64,000 nt of DNA, from NCBI GenBank assembly GCA_963844415.1, contig CAWJOA010000006.1, positions 678,494 through 742,493 of the forward strand. Reading direction: 5' to 3'. Made by a program: the position numbers and the translations under genes. Origin of the DNA: an uncultured Chloroflexia bacterium. Lineage in GTDB: Bacteria; Chloroflexota; Limnocylindria; QHBO01. The notes under the pieces are model-generated. The model was given only the letters and a program-made list of their open reading frames with translations, was not told the DNA's origin and ran no database searches. This document shows, one piece after another, positions 1 through 10,053 of the stretch (positions are counted from its first letter, which is position 1; each line of letters opens with the position of its first letter).

Positions 1-93
1 ATCGGTGTCGGCGAGCGCGAGCCGATCCGGCCCCTCCTGGCGCGCCTCCAGGCGGCCCTCGACGAGGTCGCCGAGCGCGCCGACGCGGGGTGA
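1..93 (+). CDS. 3' end (30 codons) of an unidentified CDS entering from upstream of the window
   Basis: Frame 1 is open from base 1 to TGA 91-93. 29 of 30 third codon positions are G/C, as in the real genes here. Too short to name. Confidence 0.35.
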   Translation: MGVGEREPIRPLLARLQAALDEVAERADAG

Positions 94-1014
94 CTACGGG
101 ACGAAGTCGACCTGCTGGACGATCACCGTGCCGGCGATCGGGACCGCGCCCATGCCCGGCACGTCGGCCGCCGGGCACTCGATCGTCAGCTCCACGACGG
201 CGGTCCCCGGCGTGAGCCGGCCAAGCTCGTTGCTCTCGAGAGCGCACGCGCCGGCGGCCAGGTCGGCGTCCTCGCCGTCGCGCTCGACGTTGACCAGTGT
301 CAGCCGGTGGTGCTGAACGTCATAGCTGAATCGGAGCGATGTCCGGGAGCAGTCCGGACCGGGGCAGCCCTCGTCGGTGCCCTCGCGCGCGAGGATCATG
401 TTGTAGTCGTCCTCCCCGGCAACCGCGACAAAGGGGACTGCGAACAGCATCGCCGCGTCGAACTGCCACGTCTCGTCGCCGACGGTGACGCTGCCGCCCG
501 ACTCGGGGAGGTCGCTGTCACCGACGAGTGTGAGTGCGACTCCCACCGTGCCGGACACGCTGACCGTCCCGCCGTCGCGGATGTCGACGAGGTCGGTGCA
601 CTCGACCTGGGCATAGCCGACGCCGAGCTGATCGTCGAGCTCGCCAGGCGTGATGCTGCAGTCCTCCGGCTCGGGGAAGAACTCGAGCCCGTCCCACGAC
701 ACCTGAGCGACCGTCGGCGGGTCGCCCTCGAACACCATTCGTGCGTCGTCGCCGACGAGCGAGTACCGCTCATCGTTCGACTCACGCGTGAGCGTGAGCG
801 TTCCCTCGCGCTCGCCGGTGACGGCCAGGTGGCCGCCCACGCCCGCGATCGGCTGCAGCGTCGGGGACGTCGCCGCGTCCCCGTCACCTCCGCCGGCGGC
901 CTGCGGGTCTGCGCCTCCTCCGGGCACAATGACATTCGCCAGGCCGATCGTCACGACCAGTGCGCCGACGAAGGCCATGACCAGCACCGTGACCGATCTG
1001 AACCAATCACCCAT
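94..1014 (-). CDS. hypothetical secreted or membrane-anchored protein
   Basis: 306-aa ORF with an N-terminal hydrophobic anchor (VTVLVMAFVGALVVTIGLANVIV), then a Gly/Asp/Thr-rich Cys-containing domain. No family recognised. Confidence 0.6.
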   Translation of the reverse strand: MGDWFRSVTVLVMAFVGALVVTIGLANVIVPGGGADPQAAGGGDGDAATSPTLQPIAGVGGHLAVTGEREGTLTLTRESNDERYSLVGDDARMVFEGDPPTVAQVSWDGLEFFPEPEDCSITPGELDDQLGVGYAQVECTDLVDIRDGGTVSVSGTVGVALTLVGDSDLPESGGSVTVGDETWQFDAAMLFAVPFVAVAGEDDYNMILAREGTDEGCPGPDCSRTSLRFSYDVQHHRLTLVNVERDGEDADLAAGACALESNELGRLTPGTAVVELTIECPAADVPGMGAVPIAGTVIVQQVDFVP

Positions 1015-1113
1015 CGGTGGGGATTGTATGGGTGAGGGACTTCACGCACCGCCACCCGGATCCAACCATGCCCCGATGACGTCCATGGGTCCGGAGCGGT
1101 TCAGGGTGAGCGC

Positions 1114-2373
1114 ATGATCGAGGTGGACGTGCAGGAGATGAGCGAACCGCGCGCCAGGGTGCGTGTGCCGTGGTTCGTCTCGTTCCTCGGCCGGCGGCTG
1201 GTCTGGGCTCTGGTCACCCTGCTCATCTTCCTGACCGCGGTCTTCTTCTTCGTGCAGGTCTGGGTGCCGTACACGTGGGCCACTCAGTTCCTCGGGCCGG
1301 ATCGGGGAGCTGCCTACCGCGCGGCCCTCGAGTCGGCCGGCCTGACCCGCCCGCTCGTCGAGCGCTATGCCGACTTCATGACCGGACTCGCCACCGGTGA
1401 TCTCGGCACCTCCTTCAGCGGGCAGTCGGTCTTCGCGCTGATCGCCGAAGCCCTGCCGGTGACGCTGACGATCTTCATCGTCGGCACGGTCATCGGCTGG
1501 ATCGTCGGCGAGCTGCTCGGGCGCATCGGCACCTGGAGCCGGCGGCCGTTCAGTGGGGCGGGGCTGTCGGTGCTCGGCATCCTGTCGGCCACGATCTTTC
1601 CGCCGTTCCTCGTCTTCGTCCTCGTCCGCTGGCTGCGCGAGCCGCTGCTCGGTGCTCGCGAGGCGATCGGCCTGCCCGTCGACAGCCTCGAGCTGTGGCG
1701 CGATGCCGTCACCGGCGTCCCCGGTGCGCTGAGCCCGGCCGACGTCCGCTGGCTCATCGCGCTCGGGTTCTGTGCTGCCCTCGTCGTCGCGCTCGTCGTT
1801 CGTGCCCACGGCAGGCGCCAGCAGCTGCCGCTCGTCGAAGGCCTCGCCCTGCCCTTGTCGTTCCTCGGCGTCGGCGTCGGCATCTGGCTCAGCGACCTCG
1901 GGCCGCACGCCGTCGACCTCCTCTACCGCTCCGACATTGCCGCAACCACCGGCCGCGGGACGCCGGCACTCGCCATCGTCGGCGTGATCTTCCTGTCGTT
2001 CGGGCAGGTGATGCTCGTCATGCACGCCGGCATGGAGGCTGAGAAGTCCGAGGACTACGTCCTCACCGGCCGGGCCAAGGGCCTCACCGAGCGCGCGGTG
2101 CGCGACAAGCACGTCGCCCGCAACGTGCTGGCGCCGGTCCTGGCCGGCTCGTTCCTGACCTTCCCGACCGTGCTCGCCGGGATGATCATCGTCGAGTACG
2201 AGCTCGAGATGGACGGGCTGTCATCGGTCCTCTTCGACGCGATCGAGTTCCAGGACATTCCGGTGATCATGGGCGTGATCGTCGTGCTCGGCCTCATCGG
2301 CGTCGGGTTCCGGCTCGTCACCGACTTCACGATCGCCGTGCTCGATCCCCGCCAGCGGCACGGTCGAGCATGA
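1114..2373 (+). CDS. ABC transporter permease, DppB/OppB type
   Basis: Polytopic 419-aa ORF with the binding-protein-dependent permease signature EDYVLTGRAKGLTERAVRDKHVARNVLAPVL. Start could be ATG 1138 instead. Confidence 0.85.
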   Translation: MIEVDVQEMSEPRARVRVPWFVSFLGRRLVWALVTLLIFLTAVFFFVQVWVPYTWATQFLGPDRGAAYRAALESAGLTRPLVERYADFMTGLATGDLGTSFSGQSVFALIAEALPVTLTIFIVGTVIGWIVGELLGRIGTWSRRPFSGAGLSVLGILSATIFPPFLVFVLVRWLREPLLGAREAIGLPVDSLELWRDAVTGVPGALSPADVRWLIALGFCAALVVALVVRAHGRRQQLPLVEGLALPLSFLGVGVGIWLSDLGPHAVDLLYRSDIAATTGRGTPALAIVGVIFLSFGQVMLVMHAGMEAEKSEDYVLTGRAKGLTERAVRDKHVARNVLAPVLAGSFLTFPTVLAGMIIVEYELEMDGLSSVLFDAIEFQDIPVIMGVIVVLGLIGVGFRLVTDFTIAVLDPRQRHGRA

Positions 2374-3311
2374 CCGCCGTCTCCGAGCCGCTCGTCGTCG
2401 CCACGCCGCGGCTGCGGCGCGCGCGCCTCTCGGTCCTCACCCACCCGAAGATCCTGGCCGGGATTGCGATCCTCGGCTTCTTCGTCCTGCTGACCGTCGC
2501 CGGTCCGCTGCTGGACGCGACGCTGTGGGCCGGAAAGAGCAGCATCTACCATCCGCAATTCGGGTTCGACACCGGCGTCGCCCATCCGTCGGCGCCGTCG
2601 TTCGAGCACTGGCTGGGGACGAGCTCGCTCGGCCGCGACGTCTTCTCGATGCTCGCCTACGCCGCGCGTCCGACCCTCCTCGTCGCGGTCAGCGCGGCGA
2701 TCACGATCGCCGTCGTCTCGCTGGTCTTCGGCTCGATCTCGGCGTTTCGCCGCGGCTGGGTCGACGGCTTCGTCAGCCACCTCAGCGATGCGATGGTCCT
2801 CCTGCCCGCAATGCTGGCCGTGTTCGTCCTCGGCATCAGCCGTCCCGACGAGCAGTTCGGCGCGCTCCACGTCGGCATCACCTTCGGCGTCATCTACGGG
2901 CTCGGACCGGCCACCGCGACCGTGCGCGCAGCGGCGATGACGGTGGTCGCCAGGCCGTTTCTCGACGCCGCGCGCGTGGCCGGCGGCGGCGGCGGCTGGA
3001 TCATCACCCGCCACGTCCTGCCGCACGTGTACGCCCACGCCGCGGTGCAGGCGATGATCGGGGCGACCGGGGCGGTCATCGCCGATGCGTTCCTCAGCTT
3101 CCGCAGCGCCATCGGCGAGGACATCGGCTTCGGGCAGATGGTGTACGACGGGATCGTGTGGTCGGACCTGATGGCCGGCATCGCGCCGATCCCGTGGTGG
3201 ATCATGCTGGCCGGCGCCGGCGGCATCACCCTGCTGGCGGCGTCGTTCTACCTCATCGGCGTCGGGCTGCGGGAGGCCCTCGACCCGAGGACCCAGGGGG
3301 ACGTCCGCTGA
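2370..3311 (+). CDS. ABC transporter permease, DppC/OppC type
   Basis: 313-aa polytopic ORF with an ATGA overlap onto the previous permease and the motif LGTSSLGRDVFSMLAYAARP typical of DppC-type permeases. Confidence 0.85.
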   Translation: MTAVSEPLVVATPRLRRARLSVLTHPKILAGIAILGFFVLLTVAGPLLDATLWAGKSSIYHPQFGFDTGVAHPSAPSFEHWLGTSSLGRDVFSMLAYAARPTLLVAVSAAITIAVVSLVFGSISAFRRGWVDGFVSHLSDAMVLLPAMLAVFVLGISRPDEQFGALHVGITFGVIYGLGPATATVRAAAMTVVARPFLDAARVAGGGGGWIITRHVLPHVYAHAAVQAMIGATGAVIADAFLSFRSAIGEDIGFGQMVYDGIVWSDLMAGIAPIPWWIMLAGAGGITLLAASFYLIGVGLREALDPRTQGDVR

Positions 3312-3314
3312 GAA

Positions 3315-4829
3315 GTGGGCTCCCGCGTCCGGGGACGCCTCGGCTACCATGGGTGGCCGGTGACGACGATCAAGTTCGGGACCGATGGCTGGCGCGCCGC
3401 CATCGCCGAGGACTACACCTTCCATAACGTGCGCCGCTGCGCGCGCGGCGTTGCCGAGCACCTCCAGCGCACCGGTGCGGCGGACCGCGGCGTGGTCGTC
3501 TGCCACGACCGGCGCTTCGCGTCCGAGCATTTCGCGCGCGCCTGCGTCGAGGTCCTTGCGGCGCACGACATCCGCAGCTTCACGCCGCCGGAGGCGGTGC
3601 CGACCCAGGTCGGCAGCTTCTTCACCCGCGAGCTCGGGGCGGGCGCCGGCATCGTCATCACCGCCAGCCACAACCCGTGGACCGACAACGGCTTCAAGGT
3701 CAAGGCCGATACGGGCGGCGCCGCCGCGCCGGAGATGCTCGCCGCCATCGAGGCGACGATGGACGAGCACCCCACCGACGAGCTGCCGCCGCGCCGCGAC
3801 CACGCCGACGCAGTCGCCGCCGGCCTCGTCGAGACCTTCGACGCCTACCCGCCCTTCCGCGACCAGCTGACGAGCATCGTCGACATCGAGAAGATCCGCG
3901 CGGCCGAGCGGCGGGTCCTCGTCGAGAACCTGTACGGGTCCGGTGCCGGCTGGTACACGCGGCTGATCGGGGACGGCCGGCTGACGGTTCGCGAGCTGCA
4001 CACCGAGCGCAACCCGTTCTTCGGCGGCGTCAACCCGGAGCCGATCCGCCCCAACATCGACGAGTGGCTCGACGAGATCCCGCGCTGGGGCGCCGACATC
4101 GGCATCGCCTTCGATGGCGACGCGGACCGCGTCGGCATGGCGACCGAGGAGGGCGTCTTCGTCAACCAGCTCCAGGTCTACGGCCTCCTGTACTGGTACC
4201 TGCTCGAGGTGCGCGGGCTCATCGGTCCGGCGGTCTACACCGTCACGACCACGAGCATGGCCAAGCGCCTGGCCGAGATCTACGGCACCCAGGCGCACGA
4301 GACCGGCGTCGGCTTCAAGTTCGTGGGGCCCAAGATGACCGAGACGAACGCCGTCATCGGCGGCGAGGAGTCCGGCGGCTTCGGGTTCGGGATGCACATC
4401 CCCGAGCGCGACGGCCTTGCCTCCGGCCTCTTCCTCCTCGACCTGTGGCTGACCCGCGGCAAGCGGGCGTCCGAGGTGCTGGCCGAGCTCCAGGCCCTCG
4501 CCGGCCCGTCGTACTACGACCGCATCGACATCCGCTTCGCCCGCGAGGGCTACGACGGGGTCAAGGCCGAGACGCTCGCGCGGCTCGCCGTGGAGGCGCC
4601 GACCGAGCTGGCCGGCCGCGAGGTCGTCGAGCGCGCCGAGCTCGAGACACGCGACGGCTTCAAGTTCTACCGCGACGACGGCTCCTGGCTGCTCATTCGC
4701 TTCAGCGGCACGGAGGCACTGCTGCGCGTCTACGTCGAGGCCCGCTCGCCGGAGGACGTCACGGCACTGCTGGCCGAGGGACGCCGGATCGCCGCCGCGG
4801 AGACGCCGCGCGCCGCGGCCGCCTCCTGA
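3315..4829 (+). CDS. alpha-D-phosphohexomutase (phosphoglucomutase/phosphomannomutase family)
   Basis: N-terminal IKFGTDGWRA and the active-site serine loop ITASHNPWTDNGFKVK. The true start may be GTG 3360 (VTTIKFGTDGWR). Confidence 0.9.
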   Translation: MGSRVRGRLGYHGWPVTTIKFGTDGWRAAIAEDYTFHNVRRCARGVAEHLQRTGAADRGVVVCHDRRFASEHFARACVEVLAAHDIRSFTPPEAVPTQVGSFFTRELGAGAGIVITASHNPWTDNGFKVKADTGGAAAPEMLAAIEATMDEHPTDELPPRRDHADAVAAGLVETFDAYPPFRDQLTSIVDIEKIRAAERRVLVENLYGSGAGWYTRLIGDGRLTVRELHTERNPFFGGVNPEPIRPNIDEWLDEIPRWGADIGIAFDGDADRVGMATEEGVFVNQLQVYGLLYWYLLEVRGLIGPAVYTVTTTSMAKRLAEIYGTQAHETGVGFKFVGPKMTETNAVIGGEESGGFGFGMHIPERDGLASGLFLLDLWLTRGKRASEVLAELQALAGPSYYDRIDIRFAREGYDGVKAETLARLAVEAPTELAGREVVERAELETRDGFKFYRDDGSWLLIRFSGTEALLRVYVEARSPEDVTALLAEGRRIAAAETPRAAAAS

Positions 4830-6019
4830 TGGACGCCCGCGACTTCTTCGGCTACAAGAACCCCGACGAGGAGCCCGGCCACCCCGATCCCGCCGACGTG
4901 GCGGAGGACGAGGGGCCGCCGCTGTTCGAGGACGCGGTCACCCTCGACGACCCGGCCACGCTGCGACGGATCGATCCGGAGGACATGCTCGGCCGGGTCG
5001 CCGAGATGCCGCGGCAGCTGGCCCAGGCCCGACAGGTCGCCGCCGCCTTCGAGCCCGACGCGCGCCTGCGCGACGTCGACGCCGTCATCGTCCTGGCGAT
5101 GGGCGGCTCGGCCATCGGCGCCGAGCTGGTGGCCGCCGCGGCGGGGGAGCGGCTGCGCGTGCCGCTCATCGTCCACCGCGACTACGGCCTCCCGGCCGGG
5201 GCCGGTCCGCGGACGCTCATCGTCGCCGCGAGCCATTCGGGCGAGACGGCCGAGACGCTCTCCGGCTTCGCCGAGGCCCGCCGCCGCGAGCTGCCGCTCG
5301 TCGCGGTGACGACCGGCGGTCGCCTGGCCTCGCAGGCGGACGAGGCCCGGATCCCGGTCCTTCGCTACCGGCCGGGCGGGCAGCCGCGCGCCGCCATCGG
5401 CTTCGGCGTCGGCCTCGTCCACGAGCTGCTCGGCCGGCTGGAGCTCGTGACCGAGCCGGACCCCATCGGTCCGGTCGTCGCCTCCCTGGAGGGCGTGCTC
5501 GAACGACTCGGTCCATCGGTCGAGACCGATGCGAACCCGGCCAAGCAGCTGGCATGGTCGACCTTCGGCCGCATCCCGGTCGTCTACGGCCACGGGATGA
5601 TGGCGTCGGTCGCGCACCGCTGGAAGACCCAGCTCAACGAGAACGCCAAGGCCTGGGCGGCGTGGGAGCCGATGCCGGAGGCCAACCACAACGCGATCGA
5701 GGGCAGCCTCAACCCGCGTGAGCTGTCGGATGCGCTCTACGTCGTCGAGGTACGCGATCCGGACGAGCCTGCAGAGATCGCCGAGCGCTATCGCGTCGTC
5801 GAGGAGCTGCTCGGCGAGCGCGCCACGAACCGATCGACGGTGTGGGCCGAGGGACCGTCGCGGCTGGCCCGGGTGCTCGGCGCGGTCGCCCACGGCGACC
5901 TGGCGAGCGTGTATCTCGCGATCCTCTACCAGACCGACCCGACGCCGGTTACACTGCTGGCGATGCTCAAGGAGCGGCTCGCCAGGGCCACCGGATCCAA
6001 CCAGACGAGCGCCAGGTAA
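4829..6019 (+). CDS. bifunctional phosphoglucose/phosphomannose isomerase (SIS domain)
   Basis: ATG 4829 overlaps the upstream stop (TGATG). SIS motifs VIVLAMGGSAIGAEL and IVAASHSGETAETL are present. The 780-aa track ORF from 3677 is only an out-of-frame N-terminal extension. Confidence 0.85.
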   Translation: MDARDFFGYKNPDEEPGHPDPADVAEDEGPPLFEDAVTLDDPATLRRIDPEDMLGRVAEMPRQLAQARQVAAAFEPDARLRDVDAVIVLAMGGSAIGAELVAAAAGERLRVPLIVHRDYGLPAGAGPRTLIVAASHSGETAETLSGFAEARRRELPLVAVTTGGRLASQADEARIPVLRYRPGGQPRAAIGFGVGLVHELLGRLELVTEPDPIGPVVASLEGVLERLGPSVETDANPAKQLAWSTFGRIPVVYGHGMMASVAHRWKTQLNENAKAWAAWEPMPEANHNAIEGSLNPRELSDALYVVEVRDPDEPAEIAERYRVVEELLGERATNRSTVWAEGPSRLARVLGAVAHGDLASVYLAILYQTDPTPVTLLAMLKERLARATGSNQTSAR

Positions 6020-6062
6020 GTAGGGCGCCGGGAGGATCCGGCGCCATGGAGGTACTCGCGAC

Positions 6063-6356
6063 GTGCATTCGAGCATGATCGGCAAGGTCGAGAAGGCGAT
6101 GCGCTACGCGCACGAGCCCGACCGCGTGAAGCTGACCTCGTTCAGCGCCAGCTTCGCCGGTGACAACGGCACCCACACCGTGTCTCTCGACGCCGAGTCG
6201 TGGCAGTGCGACTGTCACCTCTTCGAGTCGGCCGGCGGCTGCACCCACACGCTGGCGATCCAGAAGATGCTCGACCCGATGCTCAGCGATACCGCTCGCG
6301 AGACGCCGCTGTACGGCTCCTTCGAGGTCCGCGAGGAGGACGCCGTCCCCGCCTAG
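6063..6356 (+). CDS. small SWIM zinc-finger protein
   Basis: 97-aa ORF with the CxCxnCxH pattern WQCDCHLFESAGGCTHTLA. GGAGG lies 11 nt upstream of GTG 6063. Confidence 0.7.
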   Translation: MHSSMIGKVEKAMRYAHEPDRVKLTSFSASFAGDNGTHTVSLDAESWQCDCHLFESAGGCTHTLAIQKMLDPMLSDTARETPLYGSFEVREEDAVPA

Positions 6357-6833
6357 GGATGCGGCGCCGGCGTGACGCTTTCGGTGTCCACATCGCCGAG
6401 GCGACGACCGTGGACGGCCACAGCACGCTCGCGCCGGTCATGTCGGAACCGACGACCTTGCGGAATCCGCATTGAACCTTTCGGCCGGTGACTGACTAGG
6501 TACCGATAGACGGACCGGGCGGGAAGGGTGACGCTGCCCTTCACTCGCTCTCGGCGTGCGTCCGGAGGCTCGGTCTCGGGGCGCCATGCTACCGTTCGGG
6601 CCTGGAGCGAGCCGATGCGTAAGGAGGTGGACGCAGAGGGACCATATCGCCGGTTGCCGCGGACCGCATGCTCGCTCGTGTGGAGTACAATCCGCGGAAT
6701 CTTGGAGGAGAGGGATCACTCTCCGGCATCGCCGGAGCACCGGCGACCCGACGATTCGTGCGCGCTCGTGGCGCATGGTGTTCGTCGCCGATGACTCCGA
6801 TACAGAGGGAGATCGATGACAGAAGGGAACTTT

Positions 6834-8760
6834 ATGAGTAGGACGACGCCCCAGATGCGTCTCATGGCCCTCCTGGCCGTGCTGGCGATCACGCTCGCAG
6901 CGTGCACCAGCGACACGCCAGAGGCGACCACCGACGAGTCGGAACCGCCTTCGGCGTCCGGCTCGGGGGCTCCGACAACGGGGGGTGGTGACCTCGGGAC
7001 GTACACCCTGGGCATCTTCGAGGACGTGACCACTGACAACCAGTGGGCGTTCAACGACGTGGCGGAAGGCACGGTATGGAACCAGTACTTCCTGTCGCCG
7101 ACCACCGCCGGGATGTACACGATCGCCTACCCGGGCATTGAGTACGTGCCGGATCTCGCAGACGGCGAGCTCCAGCCGGCAGTCCAGGAAGGCGACACGT
7201 GGGTCGGTGAGATCACGCTTCGCGAGGGCCTGCTGTGGTCCGACGGCGAGCCCTTTACCGCCAACGACGTGGCCTTCACGTGGCAGACGGTCGTCGACGT
7301 CGGGCTCCAGGGCGGCTGGCTCGACTACACCGACTACGCTGCCAGCGCACTGACCGATCCACCGGACGACGCGACGGACAACGGGCCCGTCACCGCCGTC
7401 GAGGCGGTCGATGACACCACCGTGCGTGTCACCTTCAACGCGCAGCCTGGCCTCGCGATCTGGGGTCCCGGCACCGGCGTCACCACGATGCCGATCCAGC
7501 CAATGCACTTCTGGCAGCCGGTCGTCGACGAGGCGCTCGCCTCGGATGACCCGGCCCCCACGCTCATGTCTGCGTCCGGCCTCGAGGCTCCCGGCATCGG
7601 GCCGACCGTGGTCGAGGACCTGGAGGAAGGCAGCTTCGCTGCCAGCACCACCAATCCTGAGTACTACGACGAGGGCGCCGAGAAGACGTCCGGCGGCGTG
7701 ACCTGGACCGAAGGCCCGTTTGCCGACGACTTCCAGTACCCGCTGTACGGTGGCCAGGAGGCCGCAGTGCTCGCTCTCGCCGAGGGCGAGGTCGACTACC
7801 TGCTCAACCCGCTGGGAATGCAGCGTGGCTTCCAGGACCAGGTCTCGGAGAACCCGGACCTGACCGCGGTCGTCAACCCGACCAACGGCTATCGGTTCAT
7901 GGCGTTCAACCACTCCCGGGCTCCGATGAGTGACCCGGCCTTCCGCGACGCGCTGACGGCCCTGATCAACAAGGAGTTCGTGACGGAGAACCTGCTCCAG
8001 GGCGTGGCCTTCCCGCTCTACGTCATCCTGCCCGAGGGCAACGTGGCGTGGTACAACGAGGAGGTCGCCACTGAGCTGGCAACGGCCGGCTACGCAGGTC
8101 TCGAGGACCTCGAGCGCAAGCAGATCGCGATCGACCTGCTGACCGAGGCCGGGTACACGTGGGAGACCGCCCCCGCCATCGCGGACGGCGTCTTCACCGC
8201 CGGCACAGGGATCATCGGTCCTGACGGCGAGCCCATTGGGCAGCTCGAGCTGATCACCCCAACGGCCTCGTACGACCCGCTGCGGGCGACGTTCTGCCAG
8301 CTACATCTCCGGCGTTGCGCAGGAGATGGGCATCGATCTCGTGGCGATCCCGACGGACTTCACGAAGATCGTGGCCGACGTGTTCACTCTCGACGATGAG
8401 AACAACTACACGTCGCCGTTCGACATGTTCATCCTCGGGTACTCGCTCGGCAACGCCGCGTTCCCGACCTTCCATGGTTCGTTCTTCGCCACCGGCGGAG
8501 ACTCGAACAACACGCAGTACTCCAACGAGGATTACGACGCGCAGTCTGCGGCGTTCGACGCGGCGCAGACGCAGGAAGAGGCGTTCGCGGCAATGTGGGA
8601 GATGGAGCGGCTGATCGCGCGCGATAAGCCACATGTCCCGCTGTTCGATACCGGAATCCTGGAGTTCTACAACAACAGGGTCCAGTATCCGTTCGTCGAG
8701 ACGCTGTCCGGCCTGCAGTTCCTGTTCGGACTGCCGAGCACGGCGGCTGCGGCGCAGTAA
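6834..8760 (+). pseudogene. ABC transporter substrate-binding lipoprotein (family 5, peptide/nickel type), interrupted by a +1 frameshift near 8292-8298
   Basis: Lipoprotein signal MRLMALLAVLAITLAAC. The SBP sequence continues in the +1 frame after ...YDPLRATF as ASYISGVAQEMGIDLVAIPTDF. The span is 1927 nt (3n+1), so one extra base. Confidence 0.8.
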
Positions 8761-8885
8761 CCGAAGGTACGTTCACCGTCATGGGGGTCGGTCCGACGGA
8801 CCGGCCCCCATTCCCCAACATCCCCACCATCGCGTACACTCCCGGCTCTGCGAGTCGGACTTAGCGGAAGGAGCGCCGCTCCGGG

Positions 8886-10043
8886 ATGTTCAAGTTCTTG
8901 GCCGGCCGCCTGGTGCAGATGGCGATCCTCTTCGTCATCTTCCTCACCCTGATCTGGTTCCTGCTCCAGGCCATGCCCGGCGACATCAGCGACACGCTGA
9001 CCGCCAACCCGGAGATTCCGCTCGAGCAACGACTCCTGCTCCGCGAACGGCTCGGGCTCGACCAGCCGCTCCTGCAGCAGTACGTGACCTACATCACGAA
9101 CTTCTTCCGTGGCGAGATGGGAGTGAGCTTCAGCCGCTATCCAGAGGACGTCTCGGTCATCCTCTTCCAGGCGCTGCCTCGCACGCTCGTCCTCTTCCTG
9201 TCTGCAACGCTGTTCGCCTTCTGGCTCGGCTTCAAGGCCGGCAAGTTCATCGCATGGCGCCGCGGCGCGGCCGCCGAGAAGGGCCTGATCGTGTCGGGCA
9301 TCTTCCTGCAGACGGTCTTCTACCCCTGGTTCGCGATCATCATGCTGTGGCTGTTCGGCTTCTACCTCGGCTGGTTCCCGATCGGTCGCTTCATCACCGC
9401 CGACCTCTGGCAGGGAGCGCCGTACAGCGCGAACGATGTCTTCGCACAGATGATCCTGTCGGTGGTCGTCGTAAGCGTGCTGTACGGCATCGGTCGCTGG
9501 CTGATCGCGAAGTTCTCCCGCAACCTGGTGACCCAGATCCGGGCCGGGCAGGCGCTCGGCATCCTCGCCGTCGGCTCGCTCCTGCTGTACTGGTGGGTGC
9601 GCCCCGAGACGGAGTACGTCGCCGACATCGCCCACCACACGATCCTGCCGGTGATCACGCTTGGCCTGGTCGCCTTCGGCGCGACGATGCTCCTGACCCG
9701 CAGCGCGATGCTCGAGACCCTCGGCGAGGACTACGTCCTCACCGCGCGCGCGAAGGGCATTCCCGACTGGATCATCCGGGACAGGCACGCCGCTCGCAAC
9801 GCGATGCTGCCGGTGACCACCTCGCTCGTCCTGGCGCTCGCGTTCGTCATCGGTGGCGGCATCGTCACCGAGACGATCTTCTCGTGGCCGGGCATGGGAC
9901 TCGTCTTCCTCCAGGCCATCAGCGTCTCGGACCTTCCGTTGGCCATCGGTGCGCTCGCCATCACCGGCGTGCTGGCCCTCTTCGGTCACCTGATCGCCGA
10001 TGTTCTCTACGCCGTCCTCGATCCACGAATCCGTGTCGCATGA
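8886..10043 (+). CDS. ABC transporter permease, DppB/OppB type
   Basis: 385-aa polytopic ORF with EDYVLTARAKGIPDWIIRDRHAARNAMLPV. GGAAGGAG lies upstream. Confidence 0.9.
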   Translation: MFKFLAGRLVQMAILFVIFLTLIWFLLQAMPGDISDTLTANPEIPLEQRLLLRERLGLDQPLLQQYVTYITNFFRGEMGVSFSRYPEDVSVILFQALPRTLVLFLSATLFAFWLGFKAGKFIAWRRGAAAEKGLIVSGIFLQTVFYPWFAIIMLWLFGFYLGWFPIGRFITADLWQGAPYSANDVFAQMILSVVVVSVLYGIGRWLIAKFSRNLVTQIRAGQALGILAVGSLLLYWWVRPETEYVADIAHHTILPVITLGLVAFGATMLLTRSAMLETLGEDYVLTARAKGIPDWIIRDRHAARNAMLPVTTSLVLALAFVIGGGIVTETIFSWPGMGLVFLQAISVSDLPLAIGALAITGVLALFGHLIADVLYAVLDPRIRVA

Positions 10044-10053
10044 GCGTGCTGAG

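Noticed and set aside
3677-6019. Long same-strand ORFs extending real genes far upstream (3677-6019, 19293-21254, 24829-26259, 26632-28119, 30988-32448, 32093-33547)
   Set aside because: The upstream parts are out-of-frame read-through of the preceding genes. The homologous sequence starts at internal ATG/GTG codons that overlap the previous stop.
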